Below the pieces are notes generated by a model that saw only the letters and a list, made by a program, of their open reading frames with translations, did not search any database and was not told where the DNA came from. This document shows, piece after piece, positions 34,455-44,777 of a stretch of DNA of 64,000 nt. Every line of letters begins with the position of its first letter. Position 1 is the first letter of the stretch. The stretch lies in sequence record PQ657772.1; one strand, 5' to 3'. The position numbers and the translations under genes are program-made.

Positions 34455-34935
34455 ATACTCCTAGGGATTGTAATTTGGCTTTACAGTTCGAATGTATTTT
34501 AAGAATACGAAGGTAGTTTAGCACATCTGATTCTTCAATGTCAAATGGTTTCGCTGCATAAACGTCCCATGCTCCCATTAATTCTGTACAGAACTTGATA
34601 TCACCCGAACCCAGCAACTTGTCACGGAATTGTTTAAACTCGATTTCTTCATCGGATAATGAAAAACCCAAATCCATAAAGCACATACCACCAGCACTGA
34701 AGCATGACCCAGATGATGTACCAATTAAAATATCATCCATCCCATATAAGCCGTAAAAAATATTGGAGTACCAAGTACTAAGTTTACTTCGGTGATGATA
34801 TTTAAGAACATTCTTCTTGATATTTACATCTAATGAATTAGCTGTTGATATCACTTTTTTGGTTAAAATAATAGTTTTGTTCAAATTACTCAACCATACT
34901 TTAGTATCAGTTGGGCTAAGAGCAGTGTATTTCAT
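34408..34935 (-). CDS. hypothetical protein
   Basis: Tiles. Confidence 0.65.
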   Translation of the reverse strand: MKYTALSPTDTKVWLSNLNKTIILTKKVISTANSLDVNIKKNVLKYHHRSKLSTWYSNIFYGLYGMDDILIGTSSGSCFSAGGMCFMDLGFSLSDEEIEFKQFRDKLLGSGDIKFCTELMGAWDVYAAKPFDIEESDVLNYLRILKIHSNCKAKLQSLGVYDETLDVVEDSRSRG

Positions 34936-34936
34936 G

Positions 34937-35461
34937 TTAATCCTCTAAATTCCATTCATCAACCATAGTTGAGCATAATTCCATGTGTCGGAAATATTTC
35001 TCATTAAGTGAATATGGACTCTTATAAAATTGTCGTACATCAGTGAATATATCATAGTTTCTATATATAAATGACATATTTTTATTCATGAATTCTATAA
35101 TCTTCCATAACTTTTCTGTATCGTTTTGTATAGTTTCTGCACTCAATCCCGTCAATTTCATTAGACGCTTGATTTTGAAGCCTGACTCTATTGACGTATT
35201 ATTATGCTTAGTTAAGTAACTATAGCCGATAGAACTCTGTATTAGTTCGATGCTATCAGTACTGGTTATTGTTCCCAGAAATGATTTTAAATTTCTATTC
35301 AACCAATACCATTTTTTGTTCTTGTTATAGCAAGAATACCACTTTTTAACTATAGCTATTGCCTCTGAATTTAAACTTTCGGCAAATTCATCAATTAAAA
35401 ACATGTGATTGAAAAATAAATCACTTTGATCTTCAGATAATTTATATTGCTGCATATCCAC
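34937..35461 (-). CDS. hypothetical protein
   Basis: Tiles. Confidence 0.65.
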   Translation of the reverse strand: MDMQQYKLSEDQSDLFFNHMFLIDEFAESLNSEAIAIVKKWYSCYNKNKKWYWLNRNLKSFLGTITSTDSIELIQSSIGYSYLTKHNNTSIESGFKIKRLMKLTGLSAETIQNDTEKLWKIIEFMNKNMSFIYRNYDIFTDVRQFYKSPYSLNEKYFRHMELCSTMVDEWNLED

Positions 35462-35542
35462 CTACCCTATTAACAATTACACCTTGGGTATTTACCTCGT
35501 ATGGATCAATTTTTGATCAATAATTTTTGATATGCAGCAAAT

Positions 35543-35568
35543 AAAATGGGAATCATGAAAGATTCCCT
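35543..35568 (-). terminator. intrinsic terminator
   Basis: GGGAATC...GATTCCC stem plus T tail. Confidence 0.7.
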
Positions 35569-35574
35569 AAGTAA

Positions 35575-36021
35575 TTATTTCTGGAATGGAGTGTACTGGT
35601 ACTGCTCACAATCAGATACAGTTAGTACACCTTCATCATAACCGTACTGGAGAATAAGATCAAATGCTTTATCAACCATAGCTACAACGTCTTTGTAACG
35701 AACGATGGTATGTGCCTGTTTCTCAACTGCTTTCATAATACCCATCAACATCCAGCGACCTTCATCAGTGTGAAGTTTAGCAAAACGAGGACGTTTAGTT
35801 GCTGCCATAATGTCAGTCCATTCTGCTTTAAACACTGATGGACGTTTAGGAATATCATACAGAGTTGTTGGGAATGTTACGTTGTTTTTCTTCATAGCTT
35901 CAGCTTGTGCAGCACGATAACCTTGACGGAATAGTGGGTGCTGTGATTTTAGCTGTTCATTGTTAAAAACTACTTTGTTTTTAAACGCGGCAGAACCTTC
36001 TTTGTATTGTGCATTAGACAT
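35575..36021 (-). CDS. hypothetical protein
   Basis: Likely start MSNAQ. Confidence 0.7.
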   Translation of the reverse strand: MSNAQYKEGSAAFKNKVVFNNEQLKSQHPLFRQGYRAAQAEAMKKNNVTFPTTLYDIPKRPSVFKAEWTDIMAATKRPRFAKLHTDEGRWMLMGIMKAVEKQAHTIVRYKDVVAMVDKAFDLILQYGYDEGVLTVSDCEQYQYTPFQK

Positions 36022-36022
36022 A

Positions 36023-36352
36023 TTATTCTTTCCCCTCGTCAGTACTGATGAATTTTTTATCTGAGAATGTGCCATGTTCTTGACGCATAGCTTCTGCGTG
36101 TTGAACTGCGTTAATTGGATTAATGTTCTTTTTAATAAGAACTTCTTGCATTAGTTCGAGAACAATAGAAAAACCATTGAGTACTCGCTCTGCCTCGTCA
36201 ACACCTTTCAATTCAATAGCCACTGCACTAATCTGATCTAATGCGGTATTAATAAACTCTGAATCATCTAATACATCATTGACTTCAGTATTATTACGTA
36301 CAAGAACTTTCATATAATCTCCAGAAATAAGATGCCCCAAATGAGGCATCAA
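36023..36352 (-). CDS. hypothetical protein
   Basis: Likely start MKVLV after GGAGA. Confidence 0.65.
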   Translation of the reverse strand: MMPHLGHLISGDYMKVLVRNNTEVNDVLDDSEFINTALDQISAVAIELKGVDEAERVLNGFSIVLELMQEVLIKKNINPINAVQHAEAMRQEHGTFSDKKFISTDEGKE

Positions 36353-36364
36353 ATGAAATTCAAA

Positions 36365-37060
36365 TTAGACCCACTCTTCCACGCCACCGCGACGTTTGAC
36401 GAGATACTTACCTTCTTCGTTGCGTGGACCAAGGATGATACCATCAATGAAACCATGTTCACCGTATTCGAGTGCTTCTTCAGCGTTCAACCACAGGTCA
36501 CGATCCGCATCTTTCAGTAGTTGTTCGTGTGATACACCAACTGCTTCAGCGATTTCTTTAGTCAGTAGTGTGTTCAATGCATCAGAGTGTTTCAAGGAAA
36601 TCTTCTGATCAGTAATCAGACCCTGAGTACCGGAACTTACTTGGTGACACATGAAGTAAGAACGCTTCCCGCCTAGACGGAAACCTTTAGTACCAACTAC
36701 TGATTGTGTATAGCAACCCATTGATGCTGCATAACCCATTACTACTGTACGGATAGGAGATACACAAGACTTAGCAATGTCAGCGATACCTAAACCTGCG
36801 TGTACTGAACCACCAGGAGAACTAATGTAGAAGGTAATTGGTTCAGAACCCTGAGAATCCAACCACACCAATTGTTGCTTGATGATATGTGCCATTTGGT
36901 CATTGAAGTCAGTATCAAGGAAAATGATACGGTCTTGCATCATACGAGATGCTAGATCATAAGTACGTTCTGCACCATTAACTTTTTCAACTACATAAGG
37001 AATAGAAATGTTGCGAACTTCACCACCAGCATAACCACCAAAATTGAATTGTTCAACCAT
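36365..37060 (-). CDS. clpP: Clp protease proteolytic subunit
   Basis: RMMQDRIIFL, ISSPGGSVHAG, AASMG (Ser), CHQ (His), DRD.WLNAEEALEYG..D. Confidence 0.95.
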   Translation of the reverse strand: MVEQFNFGGYAGGEVRNISIPYVVEKVNGAERTYDLASRMMQDRIIFLDTDFNDQMAHIIKQQLVWLDSQGSEPITFYISSPGGSVHAGLGIADIAKSCVSPIRTVVMGYAASMGCYTQSVVGTKGFRLGGKRSYFMCHQVSSGTQGLITDQKISLKHSDALNTLLTKEIAEAVGVSHEQLLKDADRDLWLNAEEALEYGEHGFIDGIILGPRNEEGKYLVKRRGGVEEWV

Positions 37061-37094
37061 TGTTATTTTCCTCTATTGTTTCATTGATGTGAGT

Positions 37095-37122
37095 ATTATA
37101 TCACAGTGTTCGTATTTGTCTA
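37095..37122 (-). promoter_or_regulatory. promoter TAGACA-N13-TGA-TATAAT upstream of clpP
   Basis: Read directly. Confidence 0.75.
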
Positions 37123-37503
37123 CAAGTTTCTTAAAAAATCGAGTAAACCGCAAATTGTATGTTTATTAAACATATCGTGGTCAATCTTTAACAACTTAAC
37201 CATAGCATTATCATACACCGTAGAGTCGGTAATGTCAAACAAAGAATTTGTGTAATAACGTTCATTTTCTACATAAATGTATAATTCATTTGATTTGTCA
37301 AGATCTTCATAGAAGTTAGCATCAAAGTACTCTGCATTTCCATCAATCCAAACCTCAACTGAATCATCATCTAAGCAGTAGTTTCTTGCTTCTTTTGAAT
37401 ATATTTCCAGCTTTCTGGCTGCACTGGAGTAATGTTTATAACCATTAATCACGTACTTGATTTCATCATTGTACTCAATTATATATACAACAACATTTTC
37501 CAT
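37120..37503 (-). CDS. hypothetical protein
   Basis: Tiles. Confidence 0.65.
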   Translation of the reverse strand: MENVVVYIIEYNDEIKYVINGYKHYSSAARKLEIYSKEARNYCLDDDSVEVWIDGNAEYFDANFYEDLDKSNELYIYVENERYYTNSLFDITDSTVYDNAMVKLLKIDHDMFNKHTICGLLDFLRNL

Positions 37504-37898
37504 CAGTACACCCCTATTGACGCAAGAGCATGAAGAAATTCATATCGTATACCAACTGGGATGTCATCAAAATCAATCTCAATCATTCTTAGTGAATTTG
37601 AAAATTGTTCGTATTTAAAGAACGTATTAATTGATAAAGTACTGAATGGTAACACATCACCACGACTATCATCATGTACAAGAACATACACCTTTCCCAC
37701 AAATGAATCTAAATCGTCTGCTTGTCTTACATCACTGGTGAAGTTATACCTATCTTTCATCACAGTGCCAGTACCATCAGGATTGTAGTATTGGGTTTTA
37801 TCACAAGAGTATAGCATACGCATACCCCATCGTCGATGCAAATGACAGCTACCCAATATAACAAGCATTTTGTCATCAATGTGAAGTGTATATATCAT
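37503..37898 (-). CDS. hypothetical protein
   Basis: Tiles. Confidence 0.65.
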   Translation of the reverse strand: MIYTLHIDDKMLVILGSCHLHRRWGMRMLYSCDKTQYYNPDGTGTVMKDRYNFTSDVRQADDLDSFVGKVYVLVHDDSRGDVLPFSTLSINTFFKYEQFSNSLRMIEIDFDDIPVGIRYEFLHALASIGVY

Positions 37899-37907
37899 AG
37901 TAATTCC

Positions 37908-38699
37908 TTAGATTTCAAATACAAATTTAGGATCGTAATCGAAGTTCTCACATGCACCACTGTAAGATTCATAACCTCTTGGATTACAAATGATACGAGT
38001 TTTCCCAATGTTGTAGTCAAAGCTACTATGAACGTGACCATGAATCCAAACATCAGCACCCAAATCTTCGATGTACTGGTCCATATCAGAACAATAACAT
38101 CCATTCAGTGAGTCATTCTTGTATCTCGGAGATACACTCTGATAACTTGGTGCATGATGTGTTACCACCACAACCTTGAAATCATTATCATTCATTAGAC
38201 GAACTGTGTTAACTGAATTTTTGATAAATTGTTTATCCTGATGATGCATGAACTCAACATCATCAGGTTTGAGCTTACGTTTCCACGGTTCTGATGTTGT
38301 TCCATGACGAATGTGTTTATAATCATTCATCTTTTGTTGAGCATCAAACTTAACCAGTGCGTTGCCTTTATCAAAGTCAGTCCACAGTGTACTACCAACC
38401 AGCAGTACACCATCCAGCCATACAAATTTGTTTTGCAAAAAGATGAAATTTGGAATCTCATCTTGCATATCGGACAGTACTTTATTAGTCTTGTGAATGT
38501 TTGAACCGTAGTACTCATGATTACCAGGAACCAGTACTACATTCTTGAACTGCTTGCACAGGGATTCGATGCCAGTACGATAACGACTACGTTTAACTTC
38601 ATCAAAATCCCCAGCGATAATCAGTACTGTATCACTGTAATCACCACTATGGAGGTAATCAGTGCCACCGTGTACGTCTGACGTTACAACAAATTTCAT
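37908..38699 (-). CDS. calcineurin-like metallophosphoesterase
   Basis: SDVH, AGD, PGNHEYY, STLWTDF, THHAP, WIHGHVH, CNPRGY. Confidence 0.92.
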   Translation of the reverse strand: MKFVVTSDVHGGTDYLHSGDYSDTVLIIAGDFDEVKRSRYRTGIESLCKQFKNVVLVPGNHEYYGSNIHKTNKVLSDMQDEIPNFIFLQNKFVWLDGVLLVGSTLWTDFDKGNALVKFDAQQKMNDYKHIRHGTTSEPWKRKLKPDDVEFMHHQDKQFIKNSVNTVRLMNDNDFKVVVVTHHAPSYQSVSPRYKNDSLNGCYCSDMDQYIEDLGADVWIHGHVHSSFDYNIGKTRIICNPRGYESYSGACENFDYDPKFVFEI

Positions 38700-38718
38700 A
38701 ATTACCTCCTATAAATGA

Positions 38719-40137
38719 TTAACCAAGTGATTCAAGAATACTGTTAGAGAACACCTCAACAGCACTATCACGAATTTCTAAGATACGAGTATAGTCGTCA
38801 CAGGTGTTTTTGTCAAATCTAAATTCAATAAACACTGGTAAAAATAGTGATGGATCACCAGTACGCTTATCGAATACAATATCATTGCACTCTACTGTCA
38901 CTACTTGACCAATGAGTTCTTGCATTCTTTCCCAAATGGTTTTAAACGTCCATTCTGCGTCTTTCTCTTTAATTCCAGTACCTACATTAACTTTCAATGT
39001 ACCACAAGCACTTTCCAGTTGTAAAGAACCAAGGCTACCTTTACGCTTACCTTCACCTTCATTGAAACCAACAATACGCAAGTCCAATTGCATTTTAAGT
39101 TTCATTTTCAACTGCTTAGGAGAAGTGTGAGATTTCCAGATACCATCTTCACATTTCAGTACTGAACCCTCTTCACCTTCGTTCATTAGTTCACTATTGT
39201 ACTCAAATGCTTCTTTGATGTTTAGAACTTTACGGAATCCAACCATACGAACAAAATCACTACCGAGTTCGTTAATTGCATCTACTAAGATCTCGCGGCG
39301 TTCTTTGCGTTTTACATCCCATACACCTTCACAAAATGCATCATATGGAACAACATCCCATAGAACGAATACAGTACGCATTGCTTCATTCTGACTGATG
39401 CTATCTTTACCAGCTTTCTGAATGATACCGTTACCAGTAGTGCGTGGGAGAATGGTTTCTCCATCATTGTCCAGTACTACACCTTCACCCATAAAGACTA
39501 CACCACTACTAAAACGTTCATCTTTACTTTGGATGATGTGAGCAAGACCTGCCATTTCACCATCACGACAACCCAGGAAGTCGTATAGTTTGCCATTACG
39601 GGATGTAGAAGTTAATGAACCATTAATGACAACGTGGTTCAAGTACTGACCATCCATTTTAACTTCTGATATAGCATAACCATAATCTTTGAAGTTAATG
39701 TTCTTTGCAGTCTTTTTGTCAATCAAAGAACAACGCATGTATGGTTCGTCTTTGATGAAACCTTTCCCGAACACATCATTACAGTTCTTTTCTTGGATAC
39801 CACAATCAAGGTTCTTCGTGAGCATTTTACGAAGAACTTCTTGGTCATCTTCTGATACAGAACCCAGTACTGAAGCAATGAAGTCACGTCCAGCATTTCC
39901 GGTCACACCACGTTTGTAAATGCATTCTAGCTTATCAATTGCTTCGTCTAATGTCATATGTTGGTATACATCATCAGCTTGTGGTAGCTTTTTATATCCA
40001 CTTACAATTGAAGGGTCTAGTGTATATTTCAGTACTTTTTGTAATGTTTGGTTATCTTTGTTTTGTTCAAGGATAGATTTTTTACCCAGAGTACTGCTAG
40101 TATTTTTAATGCTTTCAAGAATTGCTAAAATGCTCAT
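38719..40137 (-). CDS. lig: ATP-dependent DNA ligase
   Basis: EVKMDG adenylation motif, SRNGK, GEEGSVLK, KMK, OB fold with SLFLPVF.EFRFDK. Confidence 0.96.
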   Translation of the reverse strand: MSILAILESIKNTSSTLGKKSILEQNKDNQTLQKVLKYTLDPSIVSGYKKLPQADDVYQHMTLDEAIDKLECIYKRGVTGNAGRDFIASVLGSVSEDDQEVLRKMLTKNLDCGIQEKNCNDVFGKGFIKDEPYMRCSLIDKKTAKNINFKDYGYAISEVKMDGQYLNHVVINGSLTSTSRNGKLYDFLGCRDGEMAGLAHIIQSKDERFSSGVVFMGEGVVLDNDGETILPRTTGNGIIQKAGKDSISQNEAMRTVFVLWDVVPYDAFCEGVWDVKRKERREILVDAINELGSDFVRMVGFRKVLNIKEAFEYNSELMNEGEEGSVLKCEDGIWKSHTSPKQLKMKLKMQLDLRIVGFNEGEGKRKGSLGSLQLESACGTLKVNVGTGIKEKDAEWTFKTIWERMQELIGQVVTVECNDIVFDKRTGDPSLFLPVFIEFRFDKNTCDDYTRILEIRDSAVEVFSNSILESLG

Positions 40138-40148
40138 TGTATATTCCC

Positions 40149-41351
40149 TTATAGATAATACTTTCCAATGTAAAGTTTATTACTTAGTGATAGCTGGACG
40201 TGACAAGGTTTTTCTTGGTAGTAACGAGTTGATGATGTTTTATTTTCTGTTGGTGGGAAGAAAGGAGAACGGTATCCATTCCATGTACCAAATGATACAT
40301 GTTCGTTTAAATCCACATCCATTGTCATAATACCATTAGCATCAATTTCAACTGGATACGCACTGTATCGTTCAAATACATCAGTGTATTGAAGAATATA
40401 ATCACCATTGCGACCATAATAACTTCTGGTTGTATTGTTCTTTACACCAAAGAAAACACGATATGCCTGTTCATCAACTTTACACATGAACGGTACGTTC
40501 TCATTGAATCGTCCATTACTCATTATATCATCAGGATTGATTTCTTCGTACTTTACTTTCAAATCTTGTGCTTTAAACGACTTATCACTTATCAGTACTG
40601 GAATATTGCTTTCACATAATGGGTTACTGCGATTTCGTTGGATATTTTGCCAAAATGCATTAGCTTTAACAATTTCATCTTGAACTGTAGTTTTTACATT
40701 CAGTGCAGCACTTGGTTCTAACGCATAAGTTTCAAGACGAGCATTAAGAGCATATGTCCCACGAGTAGTATTATATACTAAGTGATACTTGGAACTCTTA
40801 TCAGAAAATGAAAACTCTTTAGTTTTCTTGATACAAATAGCATTTACTTTACCACAATAATAGTAATCTTCCTTATTGTGTCTAAAACCATCACCCACTT
40901 TCAATTTAGAAACAACTTCTTTTTGATGTTCTTTCTTATTCTCCTTCTCAACCAATTTAGCAAAGGTTTTAGTTTTACCGTTAATTAGTTCTAAACTATT
41001 ATTAAAGAACATAGGTTCAACAAATACACCCTTAACAATATCATTGTTGATGATAAGGTCGTTCATGTTTTTAGCACTCACCAAGAACTCGAAACCTTCA
41101 GGGTGACGTATGGTGAAGTATGTTTCGCGAGCATGAACAGTGAGCTTATGTACCACAGAAAACCCAATTGTAGGCACATTATCAATCCATAGTGAAGGTA
41201 GATTGTTTTTCTTAGCCCAGTACTCGGCCTTTTCTTTTTTAGTCTCAAACGCTTTCGTGTGTGATTTTGTGGCATCTATAATGTAACCAGTAACTTGGTT
41301 ATGATTTACATATGAACGAGCCACAAATAACTTCTCTGGAAAATCCATCAA
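40149..41351 (-). CDS. hypothetical protein (400 aa)
   Basis: Long ORF; IRHPEGFEF.VS..N. Confidence 0.8.
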   Translation of the reverse strand: MMDFPEKLFVARSYVNHNQVTGYIIDATKSHTKAFETKKEKAEYWAKKNNLPSLWIDNVPTIGFSVVHKLTVHARETYFTIRHPEGFEFLVSAKNMNDLIINNDIVKGVFVEPMFFNNSLELINGKTKTFAKLVEKENKKEHQKEVVSKLKVGDGFRHNKEDYYYCGKVNAICIKKTKEFSFSDKSSKYHLVYNTTRGTYALNARLETYALEPSAALNVKTTVQDEIVKANAFWQNIQRNRSNPLCESNIPVLISDKSFKAQDLKVKYEEINPDDIMSNGRFNENVPFMCKVDEQAYRVFFGVKNNTTRSYYGRNGDYILQYTDVFERYSAYPVEIDANGIMTMDVDLNEHVSFGTWNGYRSPFFPPTENKTSSTRYYQEKPCHVQLSLSNKLYIGKYYL

Positions 41352-41767
41352 ACAGTCCTCATTGTGCTAATTGCTTTTAATGTGTTAAACAATGCACCAT
41401 ATTTTACTTGCATTAGTTGATCCCCAGCAGGAAGATTCATACGCATAACAGACATGTCTTCAACCATTTCAGATGTACATAGTACTGCTACACATGTAGT
41501 TGCATCATTTAATCCGGCTTCATTGAATTTAGCGAATGGCACTTTTCCCTGCTTACAAAGGTCATCATAATAAGAATTTAACTTATCATGACCACCAGCA
41601 TTTAGTACTACAATAGTTTCGTGGTCATAATACCATTCATCAATAATAGTACTGAAAGCAGTACCTTCATATTCTTTAATTAGTTTTATGCCAGCATGAA
41701 ATGCTTGAATGCCAGCTTGGACACCTTGACAGTACATGTTTGTTAAGCAATATAATTTCATTTCCAT
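41348..41767 (-). CDS. peptidyl-tRNA hydrolase 2-like protein
   Basis: AGIQAFHA, W....TIVVL, F.EAGL..ATTCVAV. Confidence 0.7.
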   Translation of the reverse strand: MEMKLYCLTNMYCQGVQAGIQAFHAGIKLIKEYEGTAFSTIIDEWYYDHETIVVLNAGGHDKLNSYYDDLCKQGKVPFAKFNEAGLNDATTCVAVLCTSEMVEDMSVMRMNLPAGDQLMQVKYGALFNTLKAISTMRTV

Positions 41768-41985
41768 ACCTCTTGTTTTTCTACAAACCCTTTACCATCA
41801 CAATGTGGACAAGCATAATAACTGCGATAGTCTTCAGATGGAACTTGTTGTGTACCATTACATGTAGGGCACACTTTACGTGCTCCAGAAATAATACGTT
41901 CATGGTGTTCAGCTTGTTTTGCTGAATCAAAAATACGACCATCTTCAGTTTGGTATTTTTCTACCATAACTTGAATTACTTTCAT
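41758..41985 (-). CDS. DnaJ-type zinc-finger small protein
   Basis: CPTCNGT...CPHCDGKG. Confidence 0.75.
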   Translation of the reverse strand: MKVIQVMVEKYQTEDGRIFDSAKQAEHHERIISGARKVCPTCNGTQQVPSEDYRSYYACPHCDGKGFVEKQEVWK

Positions 41986-41995
41986 TTCTATTTCC

Positions 41996-42301
41996 TTATA
42001 AAAATGTTAAATCTTCAGTACTTAATTGTAATAATTTACCATCATATTCAATTTCAACATATACATTTTGGTCATAAACAGCAACTACACGACTAATAAC
42101 TCCACTCTTCACCACATTCTTTTTGTAGTTGAATTCAACTGAGCAACCAATAAGTTTCTTTGATAGAATCTCACGTATTTGATTAGCATGGTCTTTTAGG
42201 ATAGAATTAATAGATTTTTTCACAACATATCTATCATTTAAGTATTTTTTAACTACATCATGCATATTATTACCTTTTGAAGCGGTTAAATGAGTACTCA
42301 T
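41996..42301 (-). CDS. ~90-aa helix+beta family protein
   Basis: Helix then KKLIGCSV...V..V. Confidence 0.65.
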   Translation of the reverse strand: MSTHLTASKGNNMHDVVKKYLNDRYVVKKSINSILKDHANQIREILSKKLIGCSVEFNYKKNVVKSGVISRVVAVYDQNVYVEIEYDGKLLQLSTEDLTFL

Positions 42302-43013
42302 CTTTTTCTTTACGTAAGTATCTCATCCCACCACTTTGGGGAGTTGCAAGAGTCAAATCACCAGTTAAGAACTGACTATCAATCCAGATACGATTACCAT
42401 AAATGAGTGGGTCGGATACTGCGGTATGACCACTAAAGACGCAATGGATGCCATCAAGTCTAGGGACGTAATATGTGTTATTTTTCTTGCAGTAGTCGAA
42501 TGTATCACGGTCCCACAAGCACTTCTCAATTATATCAGCACTAAGTGATTTTGTCCCACTAACGAAACGTTCCCATGTGGTATATTCCAAAGGAACACCA
42601 GCATGAACCAGTCCAATCTTCAATCCTCGGTGATTGATTTGGATAATCATAGGGAGATCCTTTAAGTACTGACGGAAGAACTGTATACCTGTCTCACCAA
42701 CTTCATCAAGAAATTTATCACCACCATTACTTTGCCAGCAATGATACCAATCCCTCATTGTTTCGGAGTCCACACACATCATCTCGTGGTTCCCAGCAAT
42801 CATAAAACGGTTTTCACCGAAAAGGAATTCAAACAGTAGTTTGGAATTCTGGTCACCACGGTCAATAACATCACCTACACAAAAAACATAGTCATTATTG
42901 GTGATACCAAATTCTTTCTTGGTAGCATCCCACAGTTTTCCATTGCCGTGTAAATCACCAACGATATATAAATCTTTATCATCCGGTACTGTAACTTCCA
43001 AAAAATGTTTCAT
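42270..43013 (-). CDS. Ser/Thr protein phosphatase (NinI/PphA-like)
   Basis: VGDLHG, VGDVIDRG, GNHE, HAG, GHT; likely start MKHFL. Confidence 0.92.
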   Translation of the reverse strand: MKHFLEVTVPDDKDLYIVGDLHGNGKLWDATKKEFGITNNDYVFCVGDVIDRGDQNSKLLFEFLFGENRFMIAGNHEMMCVDSETMRDWYHCWQSNGGDKFLDEVGETGIQFFRQYLKDLPMIIQINHRGLKIGLVHAGVPLEYTTWERFVSGTKSLSADIIEKCLWDRDTFDYCKKNNTYYVPRLDGIHCVFSGHTAVSDPLIYGNRIWIDSQFLTGDLTLATPQSGGMRYLRKEKDEYSFNRFKR

Positions 43014-43342
43014 TATTGTTCCAACCATATAATGTTAGTGTGTTTTGTAACTTGTGTACCTGCAAAAGAACCATCTTTAAGATACGTATTAACTTTGAAA
43101 CGCCATTCACCACCGCTAATATACATATCAGCGATAATGTACTTCCCATAACCCCTTGAGTTTATCAAACGTACTTCTTGTCCAATATACTTCGGCTTCA
43201 AATCATTAATAAAATCATCAGCCAAAGACATAAGATATCGCAAATGTGAATAGTCGGTGTTGAACATTATTTCTTTCTCTTGAAGTGGGATATGATATCT
43301 TTTGTTATTGAGATAAAAAGATACACCATAGTTACAGGCCAA
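43013..43342 (-). CDS. ~90-aa helix+beta family protein
   Basis: KPKYIGQEVRL. Confidence 0.6.
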   Translation of the reverse strand: MACNYGVSFYLNNKRYHIPLQEKEIMFNTDYSHLRYLMSLADDFINDLKPKYIGQEVRLINSRGYGKYIIADMYISGGEWRFKVNTYLKDGSFAGTQVTKHTNIIWLEQ

Positions 43343-43482
43343 ATTATAGCCATTAGTGCTGCTGATTGTAGACTCATTGCAGTTATGATTTCATCTTTGA
43401 AACATTTCCAATTCAGTACTAGAAAGTTACATATAAATGAGCAAAACGCAACAAATCCATATATTGCAAAAAAGGTAGTCAT
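43267..43482 (-). CDS. small membrane protein
   Basis: Two TMs, AIIWP. Confidence 0.65.
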   Translation of the reverse strand: MTTFFAIYGFVAFCSFICNFLVLNWKCFKDEIITAMSLQSAALMAIIWPVTMVYLFISITKDIISHFKRKK

Positions 43483-43484
43483 TA

Positions 43485-43817
43485 TTATTCCTCATCAACT
43501 TGAATAAGATATTCTAAACTTATTTCATCACCAAAGGCAGCGGCATCAATTGCATCGTGATTGATGTATTCTACTTGTGCAATTAAACGTATACCGTATT
43601 TTAGAATTTCAATAATTCTCATTCTTGTATTGGAATTTATGTACTGGTAGTATGATTCATACTCTGGATCATCGTCCATTTCCGCATATCGGTTGATGTA
43701 CTCGTCAGTAAATTTTACTATCTTACCGACGAGTTCTGTTTCTGCACTTTTATAGAAATCATCTTTCATTTGATGCAACGCAATCAAGTACTGATTATAT
43801 TGTGCAAGATGTTTCAT
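43485..43817 (-). CDS. ~100-aa helix+beta family protein
   Basis: ETELVGKIVKF. Confidence 0.65.
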   Translation of the reverse strand: MKHLAQYNQYLIALHQMKDDFYKSAETELVGKIVKFTDEYINRYAEMDDDPEYESYYQYINSNTRMRIIEILKYGIRLIAQVEYINHDAIDAAAFGDEISLEYLIQVDEE

Positions 43818-43819
43818 TG

Positions 43820-44416
43820 TTAATCACAGCTACCGGAACTTGAACTAGAGCTTGAATCACAGCTAGAGCTATCATATGAACCAGTATCAGCAGAAGAGAT
43901 ATATGGCGTTACGATTGCTGCGGTGGTGGCTGCTGTAATAATATGGGAAGTATGGTCGTGTGTACCTTGTTGTGGTTCATCTTGGACTTTGTTTTTATTC
44001 TTCCCTTTAGTATAGCGAGCTTTCTTTGTAGTCTTGGTGCTCTTTGGTGCTTTAGTACTTTTCGGTGCTGCTTTAGGCTTTACTTCATTGACGACAGGAA
44101 CAACAGTAACATTAACTTTTGGATCAGTTTCATCAAGTGCATTGTGAACATTCACTTGCATTTGAACTTCAACTTTAAGTTCTTCTTGTTCTTCAGGAAT
44201 AACTTTTTCAGGTTCTGGTGTAACCTGATCACGTTTATCATTAATCATGAAGTTGATATTACGTTCACCTAGAACTAATAAAGTAACGATGGTGAGTACT
44301 GGGGTTAGTACTAGACTAAGTAGTACATAGCCGATAACACTACGATTGTAATTGTATGCAAGCATACCTGCAATAACTACACCAAGTACACTAATAACTG
44401 CTGCGATTGTTAACAT
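43820..44416 (-). CDS. membrane protein with Lys-rich linker and Ser/Asp/Cys tail
   Basis: Two N-terminal TMs; YDSSSCDSSSSSSSGSCD tail. Confidence 0.75.
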   Translation of the reverse strand: MLTIAAVISVLGVVIAGMLAYNYNRSVIGYVLLSLVLTPVLTIVTLLVLGERNINFMINDKRDQVTPEPEKVIPEEQEELKVEVQMQVNVHNALDETDPKVNVTVVPVVNEVKPKAAPKSTKAPKSTKTTKKARYTKGKNKNKVQDEPQQGTHDHTSHIITAATTAAIVTPYISSADTGSYDSSSCDSSSSSSSGSCD

Positions 44417-44720
44417 ATTCTACTCCTTTGTATATAAATTTACCAATATCTTCGATGTATAAACAGATTCCACCTCGATCATTTAACACAAGCCAATCAC
44501 CAAAACCACAACTGATGTTGCATATATTAAATTCTTCAATACCATCCGGTGAATACGCAATGAATGGACATATTTCATCTGATATACCATTTACATAGTT
44601 ATTACATATTAAATCAAATGTATGTGAACTATAAGAATTATCAGTACTGAAAATGTGCATTAATGAACTAGATAGAATTACTATTGTTTTTTCCCACATT
44701 TTTAAAAAATCGTTATTCAC
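44391..44720 (-). CDS. hypothetical protein
   Basis: Tiles. Confidence 0.6.
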   Translation of the reverse strand: MNNDFLKMWEKTIVILSSSLMHIFSTDNSYSSHTFDLICNNYVNGISDEICPFIAYSPDGIEEFNICNISCGFGDWLVLNDRGGICLYIEDIGKFIYKGVEYVNNRSSY

Positions 44721-44777
44721 AACAACTACTCCATGTCAGTGTTGTAATTAAATTATATCACCGAATCAAGATATGTC

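Noticed and set aside
43830-43900. AGCT/GAGCTT-type short repeats
   Set aside because: They only reflect the poly-Ser coding tail; this is not an array.
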